A stretch of 64,000 nucleotides of DNA from Squalus acanthias (taxonomy: Eukaryota), in contig CM059431.1 of assembly GCA_030390025.1 (NCBI GenBank), positions 147,748,001-147,812,000 on the forward strand. Direction: 5' to 3'. This document shows, in pieces, positions 49,601-61,607 of this stretch. How positions within the stretch are numbered: the first letter of the stretch is position 1; each line of letters opens with the position of its first letter. The notes beneath the pieces are model-generated. The model searched no databases. It saw only the letters and a program-made list of their open reading frames with translations, and was not told the DNA's origin. The translations under genes and the position numbers were made by a program.

Positions 49601-50214
49601 TCCAGCTCACGCACTATGCCTTGTACTGCTTCCCGTGCTTCGGATTTAATAGGCTATTGCTTATGGGGCTTGTGCTCCGGACCTGGAACCATGATTGGCT
49701 CTATTTTTACCTGTCCGGTGTCTTGTTTTGTCTTTGCCCAAACCCCGTCCATGATCTGGCATATGGCCCCGTATGGTGTCCGTTCTAATTCCCAATCCCT
49801 GCTTAAAGATGTTGCGCTTCCTACCTTTGCCAGGTTAGTGCATGGTTTATCTATGCTAACTTTGGACCCATTTCCTTTGGACCAAACAATCTTATTTTGC
49901 GCTGAGTCTACCAATATATTGAATTCTTTTAGCAGATCTATTCCTAATATGGTACCTTCGTTGTTTGGACACACGTAAAACTGTGCGGGAAGGAGTTTCC
50001 CTGTTAACTCTAAAACTTGTACTTCACTTTCATAGGCCTTAATTTTTGTCCCCCCCAGTCCTACTATATATATATATTCCTTAGTTGTCGGAAGGGTTAA
50101 ATCAGTTAAAGATGCTGATGCTCCGGTGTCAACTAGCATTTCACACGGTTGGCCCCCCAATAATGCCGCCACGTAGACTCGGTTATCCGAGTCTCCCTTT
50201 GCTGGGGGTTCCAC
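46681..50214 (-). pseudogene. pol: ERV pro-pol (protease, RT, RNase H, integrase), disrupted
   Basis: LVDTGA; LDIANGFW, LPQGFHNSP, YVND (D>N); LYVD, AELVAL, YTDSRY; DSDQGTHF, VERIN, WLGPY. Confidence 0.95.
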
Positions 50215-50217
50215 CCG

Positions 50218-51524
50218 TCATTGACCCTTTCCCTTTAACTTGAGGTACTCCACAAAGTCCCTCTTATCCTCCGGACTGAGATAAGCGACCTGTGTCTGGT
50301 CCACGTCTCCTTTCTTCTGCCAGCAGTTGTGGCTCTGGTGTCCTAGCTTTCCACAGTAGTCACATCGCCCCCCTTTTCCACTCCTGCAGTCCTTTGCCAT
50401 ATGTCCCATTTTTCCACAAGTATAACAGCTCCCCTGGATCCTCCTGTATGGTTGCGATGTCTGCCCTGCTGCTACCTTCTCCTGTTTGATTTTTACACCT
50501 CCCTTTCCTGTGGGTTCAGGTCCCTTAGCATCTATCTGACATGCCCATTGAACCGCGAGATCGTATGTAGGGGCAACCGACACTCCCAACTCTAGGATGG
50601 CTTGGTGTGCCGATGAGAGTCCACCTTAAACAGCTGGATAAAGGACTGGTCTGTTCGCTGTGGATTTGCTTGCCCTGACGATTCACAATAAGCATCAAAC
50701 AATCGCTTTCAATACTCACTACTAGAATCTCCCTTTGATTGTTTTACTGATTGGATTTTTCCCCAATTTATAGTAGGACCACCAAGTGCTGCTTCTACTG
50801 CGATTTTAAAAGGACCAAATGCTGCGTGTTGTGCCGCCTGTGCGGCACCCGCAGCCACTGCATCTGCCGATGCTCCATCCTGCATGCCTACAGCGGGGTT
50901 TACATTTCTCCATTTGTCGGCTGGGCATGAGGCCCTAACTAACTGAGGGATATGCTTACAGTGTATATCATGGATGTCCCACATTCCCTCTAGAATTCTC
51001 CAGAACTCGGCGTTCTGACTGCGGGGTTTGACGGTTCCCAAATGTTTGAGAACGGCTTGTTTTTCAAAAGGCGTGAAAGCCCGATATCGACTGTTGGCTG
51101 CCGCTGGGTATCGTATTACGGGTGCCATCGGCACTACCGGAACGTCCCCTTCGTTTTCGATTGGGGGCGAGGCATACGGTGGGGGCCTTTCTTTATCCTC
51201 ACCATTTCTATTCCCTCTATTTGTCAATTCCATCAGTTCTATTATACTTTCAATTTCGGCTATTCTCTTTCCTTGTTCTTCCATCTTACTGGTTTGTGTC
51301 TTAACCCCTTTTGTTATCATTATCAACTGATGTATTAAAATTACTCCTGCCTTTCTAGTTTTCTTTTGTTTCTGCTTCTCCCACCACTCCCGTTGCGCCA
51401 TTAGGTTTCCTAGTGGATCCCATCCATCCTTCTTCATTATCTCAATAAAACCCTTTTGGTCCTCGGCGTAGAGCCGACTCATGGATCCTGGCGGGCCCCA
51501 ATCTGGTTCCTCGCCCGCCGCCAT
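50218..51524 (-). pseudogene. gag: ERV gag, disrupted, with two CCHC zinc knuckles
   Basis: PPPY late motif; CYTCGKMGHMAKDC and CDYCGKLGHQSHNC. Confidence 0.9.
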
Positions 51525-52131
51525 AATGTATTATTCTTTGTCACTAGTTTACCGCGTTCCCGTCCGCCCTAGCAACTCGTTCTCAGAGGGTCTGCCTATC
51601 GTCCACCACTTGTATGATGGCGGCCTGACTTGTAACTATCTTGCTCTCAGAGGTGAAGGTTTCACTTGTCTCAGAGGTGATTATTTCACTTGCCTCAGAG
51701 GTGATGTTTCACTTGTAGCCATTAATACATTATCACAATTCTTCACGTAATACCATCCAATAGATCCCGCAACACAACGCAGCAGAGAGGTTCTTACACA
51801 TTCTTTGTCTGTCTCGGATTCCCAACTAACTCTGGCCGTCACGTGGGGCCCAATCGCCCTCTTAATTTCAGCTCGGCATGGGTCCTCGAGACATTTACAT
51901 TCCGAAATAACGCATCAGGCTTCAATCATCTTAACTACGATTAATAAATTACAAACACTTCATGTGCCACCTAGGTTTTAATAAAATGTTTGCCCACCGT
52001 CACAGACACCAGATTCGTTTGATACTGCGTTGCCGAACACACCCCCCTTCCGAGTGACCCAATTTCTGGGCGGTCAAAGATTTGACTACTCGCCCTGTTC
52101 ACTGGTGCAGGCGGTTTTCAGCTCCGAAGTA

Positions 52132-52148
52132 TCCTGTTCGTGACGCCA
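52132..52148 (-). promoter_or_regulatory. primer-binding site, tRNA-Lys(TTT)-like
   Basis: TGGCGTCACGAACAGGA 2 nt after the 5' LTR, versus TGGCGCCCGAACAGGGAC for the Lys(TTT) 3' complement. Confidence 0.75.
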
Positions 52149-52150
52149 TT

Positions 52151-52628
52151 TGTTGTGGAGAAATTATTTTACTCCATTCTGTGTCATAGATACAAGCAAA
52201 CAGTTTATTAATGTTCAAAGATCTTTGGGAGAAGATGTGATAAACCCCTCAGCTTAGTGACTGTTTCTTCTCTAAATTACAGCGGTATGAGATTCCTTTT
52301 ATACATTATTCATCCAATCACATAGCCTAAGCAACAGATTTCTAATTATACTGTGTGCGTTAGGTTCAAATGTTACTTCCCTACCGAAACTACAAGCATA
52401 GCGGTTTGCCTCACATCTGTCCATTCGGACTAGCCGGTCATGCTGTGATTGTGTAATCGTTGTACTATTATTGCCTTGGTGGCCTCCTTGGTGGGCCTCA
52501 ATGTTGACCACAGACATTACTCATCGCACTGTCAGCGAAACCATTCTCTATTTACGAATTTACTTCTTACGGTACATTCTTTAATTTTACATTTCTTATT
52601 AAAACCCTATAATAAATTTACTCCTACA
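52151..52628 (-). repeat. ERV 5' LTR
   Basis: Direct repeat of 44414-44899; roughly 6% divergent by hand count plus a 9-bp indel. Confidence 0.95.
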
Positions 52629-53250
52629 GTCAGTGAAATATACCATGGGCTACCTCAGTCCCCAGTTTCCCAGTGAGTCTTGATTGTGAGGAGCCCTCGA
52701 CGGACAGTGAGAGTTACCATGGGGTAACTCAATCCCGAGGTGAACACTGAGTGTAGATGTTGAGGGACACTCGATGGTCAGTGAGAGATACCATGGGGTA
52801 TCTCAGTCCCCAGTTCAACAGAGAGTGTTGATTGTGAGAAGCCCTCGATGGACAGTGAGAGTTACCATGGGGTATCTCAATCCCCAGGTGAACACTGAGT
52901 TTAGATGGTGAGGAGCACTCGATGGTCAATCAGAGATATCATGGGGTATCTCAGTTCCCAGGTGAACACTGTTTGTAGATGGTGAGGGACACTCGATAGT
53001 CAGTGAGATATACCAAGGGGTATCTCAGTCCCCAGGTGAACACTGTGTGTAGATGGTGAGGAACACTCGATATTCAGTGAGAGATACCATGGGGTATCTC
53101 AGACCCCAGGTGAACACTGTGTGTAGATGGTGAGGAACACTCGATTGTCAGTGAGAAATACCATGGGGTATCTCAGTACCCAGTTGAATACTGATTGTAG
53201 ATGGTGAGGAGCACTCGATGGTCAGAGAGAGATACCATGGGTTATCTAAG
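52629..53250. repeat. 74-bp tandem repeat (~8 copies) with an internal hairpin
   Basis: ccatgggg recurs about every 74 bp; gagatacc-atgg-ggtatctc palindrome. Confidence 0.92.
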
Positions 53251-53254
53251 TCAA

Positions 53255-54845
53255 TGTTGGATCTAACTGGTCAGTTTACATTGGATCCTATGGGCTTTTA
53301 CTTTTCTTACCACTTTGCCATATGGAACATTGTCAAATACCTTGCTAAAATCCAGGTAGACTATATCACCGCGTTACCCTCAACAACCCTTCTTGTTAAT
53401 TCCTCAAAAATTCACACAAGTTAGTCAGCCGCAAACTTCCCTTAACATGCTGACTGTCCTTGATTAATCCATGCCTTTCTAAAAGACGATTTATACTGTC
53501 CCTCAGATTTATTTTACAATAATTTGATCACCACAGAGGTTAGCCTGACTGGCCTGTAATTACTAGGTCTATCCCTTTCTCCGCTTTTAAACAACGGTAC
53601 AACGTTAGGAGTACTCCAGTCCACTGTCACCACGCCTGTAGCCAGAGAGGTTTGGAAAATGATGGTTAGAGCCTCCGCTATTTCCTCCCTTGCTTCTCAT
53701 AAAAGCCAGGGATACATTTCATCAGGGCTTGGCGATTAATGCACTTTCAAAGATGCTAAACAGATTAATATTCCACTCTTAATATGTTTATCTTATCTAA
53801 CATTTCACAGTCCTCCTCCTTAACTATAATGTCTGCATCGTATCTCCAGTCTTTGAAGACAGCCGCAAAGTATTCATTAAGAACCATACCCACGTCTTTT
53901 GCCTCCAGACACAGGTTAACTTTTTGGTCTCTAACAAGACCTACACTTTCCTTTGTTATGCTCTTGCTACTTATTTATTTAAAACACATCTTTGGGTTTG
54001 CCTTGATTTTAGTTACATATATTTTGCATGCCCTCTCTTTGCTTTCCTAATTTCCTCTTTTATTTCCACCCCTGCACTTTCTATACTCCTCTAGGCTTCC
54101 TGCAATATTTAGCTATCTGACATACGCTTCACTTCTTTGATTTATCCTACCAGGTATGCCACTTGATATCCAGGGGGATATCCAGGGGGCTTTAGATTTG
54201 GCAGTCCTGCCATATTTCTTGTGGGCACATATTTGCTCTGGACACTCACTGTCTCCTCCTTGAATGTTCCCCACTGCAATGACGCTGATTTACATTGAAA
54301 TGGCTGTTTTCAGTCCACTTCTGCTAAATCTCATCTCAGCTTCGTAAAATTGGCCTCTCCCCATTCGAGAATTGCTTCCACTGGTCAATCTGTGTCCATT
54401 TCTAACCACTATAAATCTAACTGAATTATGATCTCCACATTCAACATGCTGCCCCACTGATACCCCTTCCACCTGCACAGCTTCATTCCTTAAAACTAGG
54501 TCCAGAATCGCCTACTCTCTTGAGAAGGCTGAGTGGTGACCTGATGGATGTCTTTAAGATTATGAAAGGGCTTGATAGGGTAGACGGAGAAAAGATGTCT
54601 CCACTTTCGGGAGAGAACAGAACCAGGTACCATAGATGGAAGATAGTCCTTAATAAATCCAGTAGGGATTTAAGGAGACGTTTCTTTTAAAAAAAAGAGT
54701 GACTAAATGTGGAAAAATCTACCACAAGGATAGTTTATGTGAATAGCATAGATGCATTTAAGGCGAAGCGAGATAAGCACATGAGGGAGAAAGGAATAGC
54801 AGGATATTTTGATTCGGTTTGATGAAGGAGTTTGGGAGGAGTCTC
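53255..54845. mobile_element. old CR1 fragments (minus to ~54520, then a plus-strand 3' end)
   Basis: Decayed ORF2 similarity (e.g. GDHNSVRF) and CR1 3' sequence. Confidence 0.7.
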
Positions 54846-55024
54846 CTGTGGAGGAGAGTGTGTGATTGACAGCTGCAGGGTGTAAGGCGAGAGATAAGTG
54901 CAGGAAGTTAATTGACAGTTCCCGGGAGGGGGTTGTGTGATTGGCAGCTGCAGACAACATATAGAAATTGCAATACAAGACCGCAAAAAGAAATTGCATC
55001 AGGCAGATGCAACGTAAATTAAAG

Positions 55025-55084
55025 GGGTTGTCAGCTCAGTTTGTAACAACGCCAGGGTCGAGGGCTCAATCCCGGCACAGAGCA
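55025..55084 (+). pseudogene. highly decayed tRNA-like remnant (Ile-like)
   Basis: cagctcagtt...aacgccagggtcgagggctcaatccc. Confidence 0.3.
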
Positions 55085-55330
55085 ATGATTTTCTTTGGGT
55101 GCGGAAAATTTCTTATTTTTGTTCTCAACTTAAAAATGGAAAACATTGAAAGGAATTCACAAAAACAAGCCTGAAATTATGATTCTTATTAATATATTTA
55201 TTAAAGCATTTCAATAAACCACATACATTAAAGTAATTACATAGAAAACTATATAAAATTGATGATATCTTCAAATAAAAGATGTAATGTTTTGACATTC
55301 AAATATGAACGACAGCACTCCACACAAAGA

Positions 55331-55902
55331 TCTTCGTCTTCTTCTTCTTAGGTAGTCCCTTGCAACCGAAGATGACTTGCTTCCGCATTAAAAATGAGTT
55401 CTCAGGTGACTGATGAGTCCAATGTGGGACCTACAGTCTCTGTCATAGGTGGGTCAGACGGTGGTTGAAGGGGCGGGTGGGTGGGGTGCTTGGGTTGATG
55501 TCCGCTCCTTCTGCTGTTTGCGCTTGGCTTCCGCTTGCTCCCGGCGAAGAGACGCGAGGTGTTTGGCGCCTTCCCGGATGCTTCTCCTTCACTTTGCGCG
55601 GTCTTGGGCCAGGGATTCCCAGGTGTCGGTGGGTTTGAGGGGCTGCTTGAAACGTTTCCTCTGCCCACCTGGGGCTCTCTTGCCGTGTCGGAGCTCTGAG
55701 TACAGCACATGTTTTGGGAGTCTCGTATCGGGCATGCAGACGATGTGACCCGTCCATCGGAGCTGATCGAGCGTGGTCAAAGCTTTGATGCTTGGGGATG
55801 TTGGCCTGAGCGAGAACACTGACGTTGGTGCGCCTATCCTGCCAATGGATTTGCAGGAGCTTGCGGAGGCAGTGTTGGTGGTACCTCTCCAGTGCTTTGA
55901 GG
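55331..55902 (-). mobile_element. RTE LINE 3' fragment (same family as 7041-8590)
   Basis: Direct similarity; RLPKHVLYSELRHGKRAPGGQRKRFK. Confidence 0.9.
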
Positions 55903-55995
55903 ACAGCAGGGAAACTTCTCTTTAATTAACGCAATCGGACTTGTCACCTTTCCTGAAGATGGTCACAATTAAGGCATCTCTGAGATCGCCTGGCA

Positions 55996-56830
55996 TGACA
56001 CAAACATGTCCTTTGTAGGTGACACAATCATGGCCGGCTGTTGGTGACACAAACATGGCCAGCTGTAGGTGACACAAACATGGCCGTTGTAGGTGACACA
56101 ATCATGGCCGTCTGTAGGTGACACAAACATGGCCGTCTGTAGGTGACACAAACATGGCCGTCTGTTGGTGACACAAACATGGCCGTCTGTAGGTGACACA
56201 AACATGGCCGTCTGTTGGTGACACAAATATGGCCGTCTGTAGATAACACAAACATGGCCGTCTGTAGTTGATACAAACATGGCCGTCTGTAGGTGACGCA
56301 AACATTGCCGTCTGTAGGTGACACAAACAATGGCCGTCTGTAGGTGATACAATCATGGCCGTCTGTTGGTGACACAAACATGGCCGTCTGTAGTTGATAC
56401 AAACATGGCCGTCTGTTGGTGACAGAAACATGGCCGTCTGTAGGTGACACAAACAATGGCCGTCTGTTGGTGACACAAACATGGCCGTCTGTAGGTGACA
56501 CAATCATGGCCGTCTGTAGGTGACACAAACATTGCCGCCTGTAGGTGACACAAACATGGCCGTCTGTAGGTGACACAATCATGGCCGTCTGTAGGTGACA
56601 CAAACATTGCCGCCTGTAGGTGACACAAACATGTCCGTCTGTAGGTGACACAAAAATGGCCGTCTGTAGTTGATACAAACATGGACGTCTGTAGGTGATA
56701 CAAACATGGCCGTCTGAAGGGGACACAAACATCGCCGTCTGTAGGTGATACAATCATGGCCGTATGTAGGTGATACAAACATGGCCGTCTGTAGGTGACA
56801 CAAACATGGCCGTCTGTATGTGATACAAAC
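55996..56830. repeat. 25-bp minisatellite (gacacaaacatggccgtctgtaggt), ~33 copies
   Basis: Directly visible. Confidence 0.97.
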
Positions 56831-57039
56831 TACAGAGTGGCTGTCAGTTCTTCTTAAAAGGATACACACATCTTTCAGCTCAGTTTGCATTTATGCTTCT
56901 GGACTAGATTTTTTTCGGTTATTGAAGTAGTGGCGTGGTGCAATATATGTTTAAAGTATTTTTGAGAGTGCAGAGAGTGCAGCGTTTGCTGCTGGACGCT
57001 TGCAAGGCCGAGGATGGTAAAGGAAGTCCTCTGAGAAGA

Positions 57040-57160
57040 CATAAACTAATTGAAATACTCAATAGGTCAGGCAGCATCCTTGGAGTGAGAAACAGAGTTC
57101 ATCTTTCAGGCCGAGATGTTGCCTGACCTGCTGAGTATTTCTAGCACTGTCCATATTTAT
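57040..57160. mobile_element. older inverted-repeat mini-element from the Penelope 3' end
   Basis: Same architecture as 19625-19789. Confidence 0.7.
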
Positions 57161-58117
57161 TTCCTAATTACATCTTTTGCTCGTAGATGGACGAATACAA
57201 ATTAGAAGTGGAAGACGCAGAAGAGGAAGACACAGAATCGGAGGAAGCAGAAGAGGAAAAAAATGAAGAGGTGGATGCAGAAGGAAAGATGCAACCCAGA
57301 TAGTCCATTCTGGTTGTGATATCCGGGATGGAAAAATCCACCTGCGGTACCAGTGACCACAACCCCAATTCCCCTTTCAGCATTAGTCCCACTTTACCTT
57401 CCCTCTGTTACTCACCATCACAGCGTCATCTTGGCCACAATGCTGAAATAAAAGCCACCACAAAGTAGACTTTCCAATCCAACTTTATACATCTATTCTT
57501 CCAATATACTTCAAGTACTGAACTAATCAAGCTTATGCATTCCCTTAGTGATTTTCTTGTGTGTGCCTTTGCCTATCATACTGAAGTCACGCAGTGCTAC
57601 ACCAGTGGCTGCAGCATGGCTGATGGAAGGCTGCTGAATTTCAGTGAGGGAGACTGCAAATCGACTTGCTGGTCTACTCTGCGAGTGTGAAATCGAGTGC
57701 CTGTGTTTCTTCCTCTTCTTCATCTCCTCTCCCTCTTCTTGTTTAACCACTAGCTGGGCAGGCTGTATTTCTTTGGTGTGTGAAATGTTTGATGCACAAG
57801 TGTGAAGTTGTGGTGAGGGGAGAGCGAGAATGGAAGTGGCGCAAGCAAGAAGGAGAGTAACATATCAGGACACCAGCATCTTTCATCCATTCAGCCCCGC
57901 CGCTGGCCAAATGCTCAACCATGCCGCTGTCAAGAATGTCCTCCACCGACTCCTCCAAGGGGGCGAGGTGAAGCTCGGAATGAGAGATGTGCCTTGTGTT
58001 TGGTACAGATTGTTGGTAGGTGAGAGATTGGGATGGCGGTCGTATATTGAGAAATGTGTGAGGCTCGTAGTGCAGTTGGTAGGAGATGGCGTTTGAGGAT
58101 GCATTCACTGACCTTAA

Positions 58118-60120
58118 CATAAGAACATATGCAATAGGAGCGGGAATAGGCCACTTGGAACCTCGAGACTGTTCCGCCATTTAATAAGATCATGGCTGCT
58201 CTTGGGCTCAAAGCCACTTCCCAGCCCGCTCCCCAGAACCAGTCACTCCCTACCTTGCAAAAATCTGTCTATCTCCACCTTAAATGTATTTAATGACCCA
58301 GCCTCCACAGTTCTGTGTGGCAGAGAATTCTGCATGCTACCTTTTTGTGTTTCATGCACAAATACCCCCGTCCCTCTGAACTGTAGCATTTTGTAATCTC
58401 TCCACCGTTTAAGTAATAATTTGCTTTTTTATTTTACCTGCCAAAGTGTATAACCTCTCACTTTCCCACGTTATACTCCAGCTCCATAAAGAGGAATCAG
58501 TGGATGTGGTGTATTTGGACTTCCAAAAGGCATTTGATAAGGTACCACACAAAAGATTACTGCACAAGATAAAAAATCACGGGATTGGGGGTAATATACT
58601 GACATGGGTGGAAGATTGGCTATCTAACAGAAAACAGAGAGTTGGGATAAATGGTTCATTCTCGGGTTGGCAATCAGTAACTAGTGGTGTCCCGCAGGGG
58701 TCATTGCTGGGACCCCAACTCTTTACAATCTATATTAACGATTTGGAGGAGGGGACCAATTGCAACGTATCCAAGTTTGCAGACGATAAAAAGATGGGAT
58801 GGAAAGCAGTGAGTGAGGAGGACATAAAAAGCCTTCAAAAGGACATAGACAGGCTAAGTGAGTGGGCAGAAATTTGGCAGATGGAATATAATGTTGGAAA
58901 GTGTGAGGTTATGTACTTTGGCAGAAAAAATCAAAGAGCAAGTTATGATCTAAAAGGAAAGAAACTGCAAAGTGCGACAGTACAAAGGGATCTGGGGGTC
59001 CTGGTGGATGAAACACAGAAGGTTAGTATGGAGTTACAGCAGGTGATCAGGAAGGCCAATGGAATCTTGGCTTTTATTGCAAGGGGGATGGAATATAAAA
59101 GCAGGGAAGTCTTGCTTCAGCTATACAGGCTACTGGCGAGGCCACACCTGGAATACTGCGTACAGTTTTGGTTTCCATATTTAAGAAAAGATATACTTGC
59201 TCTAGAGGCAGTTCAGAGAAGGTTCACTCGGTTGATTCCGGGGATGAGGGGGTTGACTTATGAGGAAAGGTTGAATAGGTTGGGCCTCTACTCATTGGAA
59301 TACAGAAGAATGAGAGACGATCTTATCGAAACATATAAGATTGTGAGAGGGCTTGATCGGGTGAATGGGGGGAGGATGTTTCCACTGATGGGTGAGACTA
59401 GAGCTAGGGGTCATAATCTTAGAATAAGGGGCTGCCGTTTCAAAACTGAGATGAGGAGAAACTTCTTCACTCAAGGGTAGTAAATCAATGGAATTTGCTA
59501 CCTCAGAGAGCTGGGGAAGCTGCGACATTAAATAAATTTAAAACGGAGATAGACAGTTTCCTAGCTGATACGGGAATTAAGGATTATGGGGAGCGGGCAG
59601 GGAAGTGGGCGTGAGTCTAGGTTCGGATCAGCCATGATCCTATTGAATGGCGGAGCAGGCCTGAGGGGCCATATGGCCTACTCCTGCTCCTACTTCTTAT
59701 GTTCTTATATTCTTATCTGGCAAATGTTTTCCCACTCAGTTAGCCTGTCTATATCCCTTTGCAGATTCTTTGAGTCCTCTGCACAACTTGCTTTCCCAAC
59801 CATCTTTGTATTATCCGCAAACTTGTCTACATTACACTCGGTCCCTTCATCCAAGTAATTAATGTAGATTCTAAGTACTTGAGGCCCCAGCACCGATCCC
59901 TATGGCACCCCACTAGTTACCGTTTGCCTACCGGAAAATGACCCATTTATCCCGACTCTCTGCTTTCTGTTATTTAGCCAATGTTCTATTTATGCAAATA
60001 TATTACCCCCAATTCCATGAGCTCTTATTTTATGCAGTAATCTTTTATGTGGCACCTTATCGAATGCCTTCTGGAAATCCAAATACACCACATCCACTGG
60101 TTCACCTTTGTCCACCCTGC
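58118..60120. mobile_element. nested CR1 fragments (minus; plus 58480-59707; minus)
   Basis: 344-aa RT ORF 58446..59480, very similar to 27240-28466, flanked by minus-strand CR1 pieces. Confidence 0.9.
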
Positions 60121-60121
60121 T

Positions 60122-60215
60122 CGTTACCTCGACCATTGTTCACAGGTCATGAAACTTCTTTGGGCACTGGAGCCAGGTCGTGGGGGCGGCACTGCTGGCA
60201 CTGCCCGCCTCAGTG
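60122..60215 (-). mobile_element. Myb/SANT-like remnant, probably PIF/Harbinger transposon
   Basis: Reverse translation ...TTWLQCPKKFHDL*TMVE resembles the WxQCxKKFxDL motif. Confidence 0.5.
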
Positions 60216-60789
60216 ATGTGATTTCACTTCGTTCAATCTGGAGGGCCCCATGGACCTCTCGCCATTGTTGCCCCCCTGCACAAAGCTGGAGTGCTGCGTG
60301 AGAGCCCCTGGGTGCAGCTTCCCTGACTTGCTGAACATTTGTGTTGGTGCTGACACAGTTTTCCCATTTTGTTAAGAGCTGAATTCAATTCAGCTTACAG
60401 AGGTGGAGATTCCTAATTTTGAATTTTTATATTTGGTTTCAGAAGGCAGTTGTGTTGTAAGGTCTAAAAACTGCCTATTTTCATTGTTTTTTTCATTTTA
60501 GAATGCAGTTCTCCTTTAAAGGACCGCACTGCTGTCTAAAAAGACAGCCTTGCTTTAAGAGAAGACTGATCTTGCTGCAATGTCGCTACGGACAGGCTAC
60601 ATTGCGGCCTCCTGCTGGAACTAGCGCCAGGAAAACGGCCGATGTAAGTTCAGCGCTGGCCTAATGTTAATCGGCAATCGGCACCAATTTACCCGTTCTA
60701 CCAGCGCCATTAATTTCGGCGGCCGGTTGTCAGCGATCCCGAATATCTTGGCCAATGTCTCCAGTCTTCCCAATGTATAGTTGGACGGC

Positions 60790-61245
60790 ACCAGTACTGA
60801 GAGATTTCAGCCACCGGGAAGATTGAACATGTTGGGCCTTTTTATTTTAGAAGTGGGAAGATTTAGAGGAAACCTGACAGAGGTTATTAAATTATGAATG
60901 GGTTGGACAGGATCGCTGTGGAGAGAATGTTTAGACTTGTGGAAGAATCCAAAACAAGGAACAATAAATGCAAGATATTTACTGATAAATCAATAGGGAA
61001 ATAAGGAGCAATAATCAGAGTGGTTGTAATGTGGAACTCGCCGCCTTGGCAAGTGGTTGATGCAAATAGCTTCGGTCCTTTTCAAGGGAAACTGGACGAA
61101 TACTTGAGAGAAAACGGAACAGAAAGATATGCTGAAAGGCTGAGATGTGAGAGATGCAATGGGAGGAGTCTCGTGTGGAGCATAAACACCAACACAAACT
61201 AGTTGGACCGAATGGCCTGTCTCTGTGCTGTACATTCTATGTAAT
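60790..61245 (+). mobile_element. CR1 3' fragment
   Basis: CR1 C-terminal motifs and a ggaccgaatggcctgt...gtgctgtacattctatg tail. Confidence 0.75.
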
Positions 61246-61607
61246 ATAATCCTCTGAACTGCAGCTCAGCTTCGTCTGCCTACCTACTGGCGAGGCTGTT
61301 ACTCCAGCAGGTGACATTGAATTGCTGCGCTCTATAGCTGAAGGATTTCTTTACAGAAGAGTTTAGATGGAATGCAACAAACTAGTGGTCATGTCCTGAA
61401 AGACAATGTGAGAACTGTCATTCAGTAATAGTGCCTTGTCCTAAACACAGTGCTTGCCCCGCCGCTGCTTGTATTTTCAGATCACCGCCGATTACTGGTG
61501 TAATGCAGTTGAAGGAAGTCTGAGGCTGAATATTACATTCCTGGGCTGGAAACACTGGGACCCGCTTCTGGGCTGCAATCAGTTGTTCTGATTATTAATT
61601 AATTGAA

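Larger units (their letters stand above)
44414..52628 (-). mobile_element. endogenous retrovirus provirus (LTR-gag-pro-pol-env-LTR), defective
   Basis: Two TG...CA LTRs, PBS, PPT, and gag/pro/RT/RNaseH/IN/env motifs in retroviral order. Confidence 0.97.

Noticed and set aside
52629..53250. CRISPR-like array (palindromic repeat at regular spacing)
   Set aside because: The spacers are copies of each other, there are no cas genes and the context is eukaryotic.
55969..56890. Long Cys/His-rich ORFs of up to 241 aa
   Set aside because: Products of a stop-poor 25-bp minisatellite, open in all three minus frames.
58446..59480. 344-aa ORF as a host gene
   Set aside because: It is a 5'-truncated CR1 reverse transcriptase fragment.
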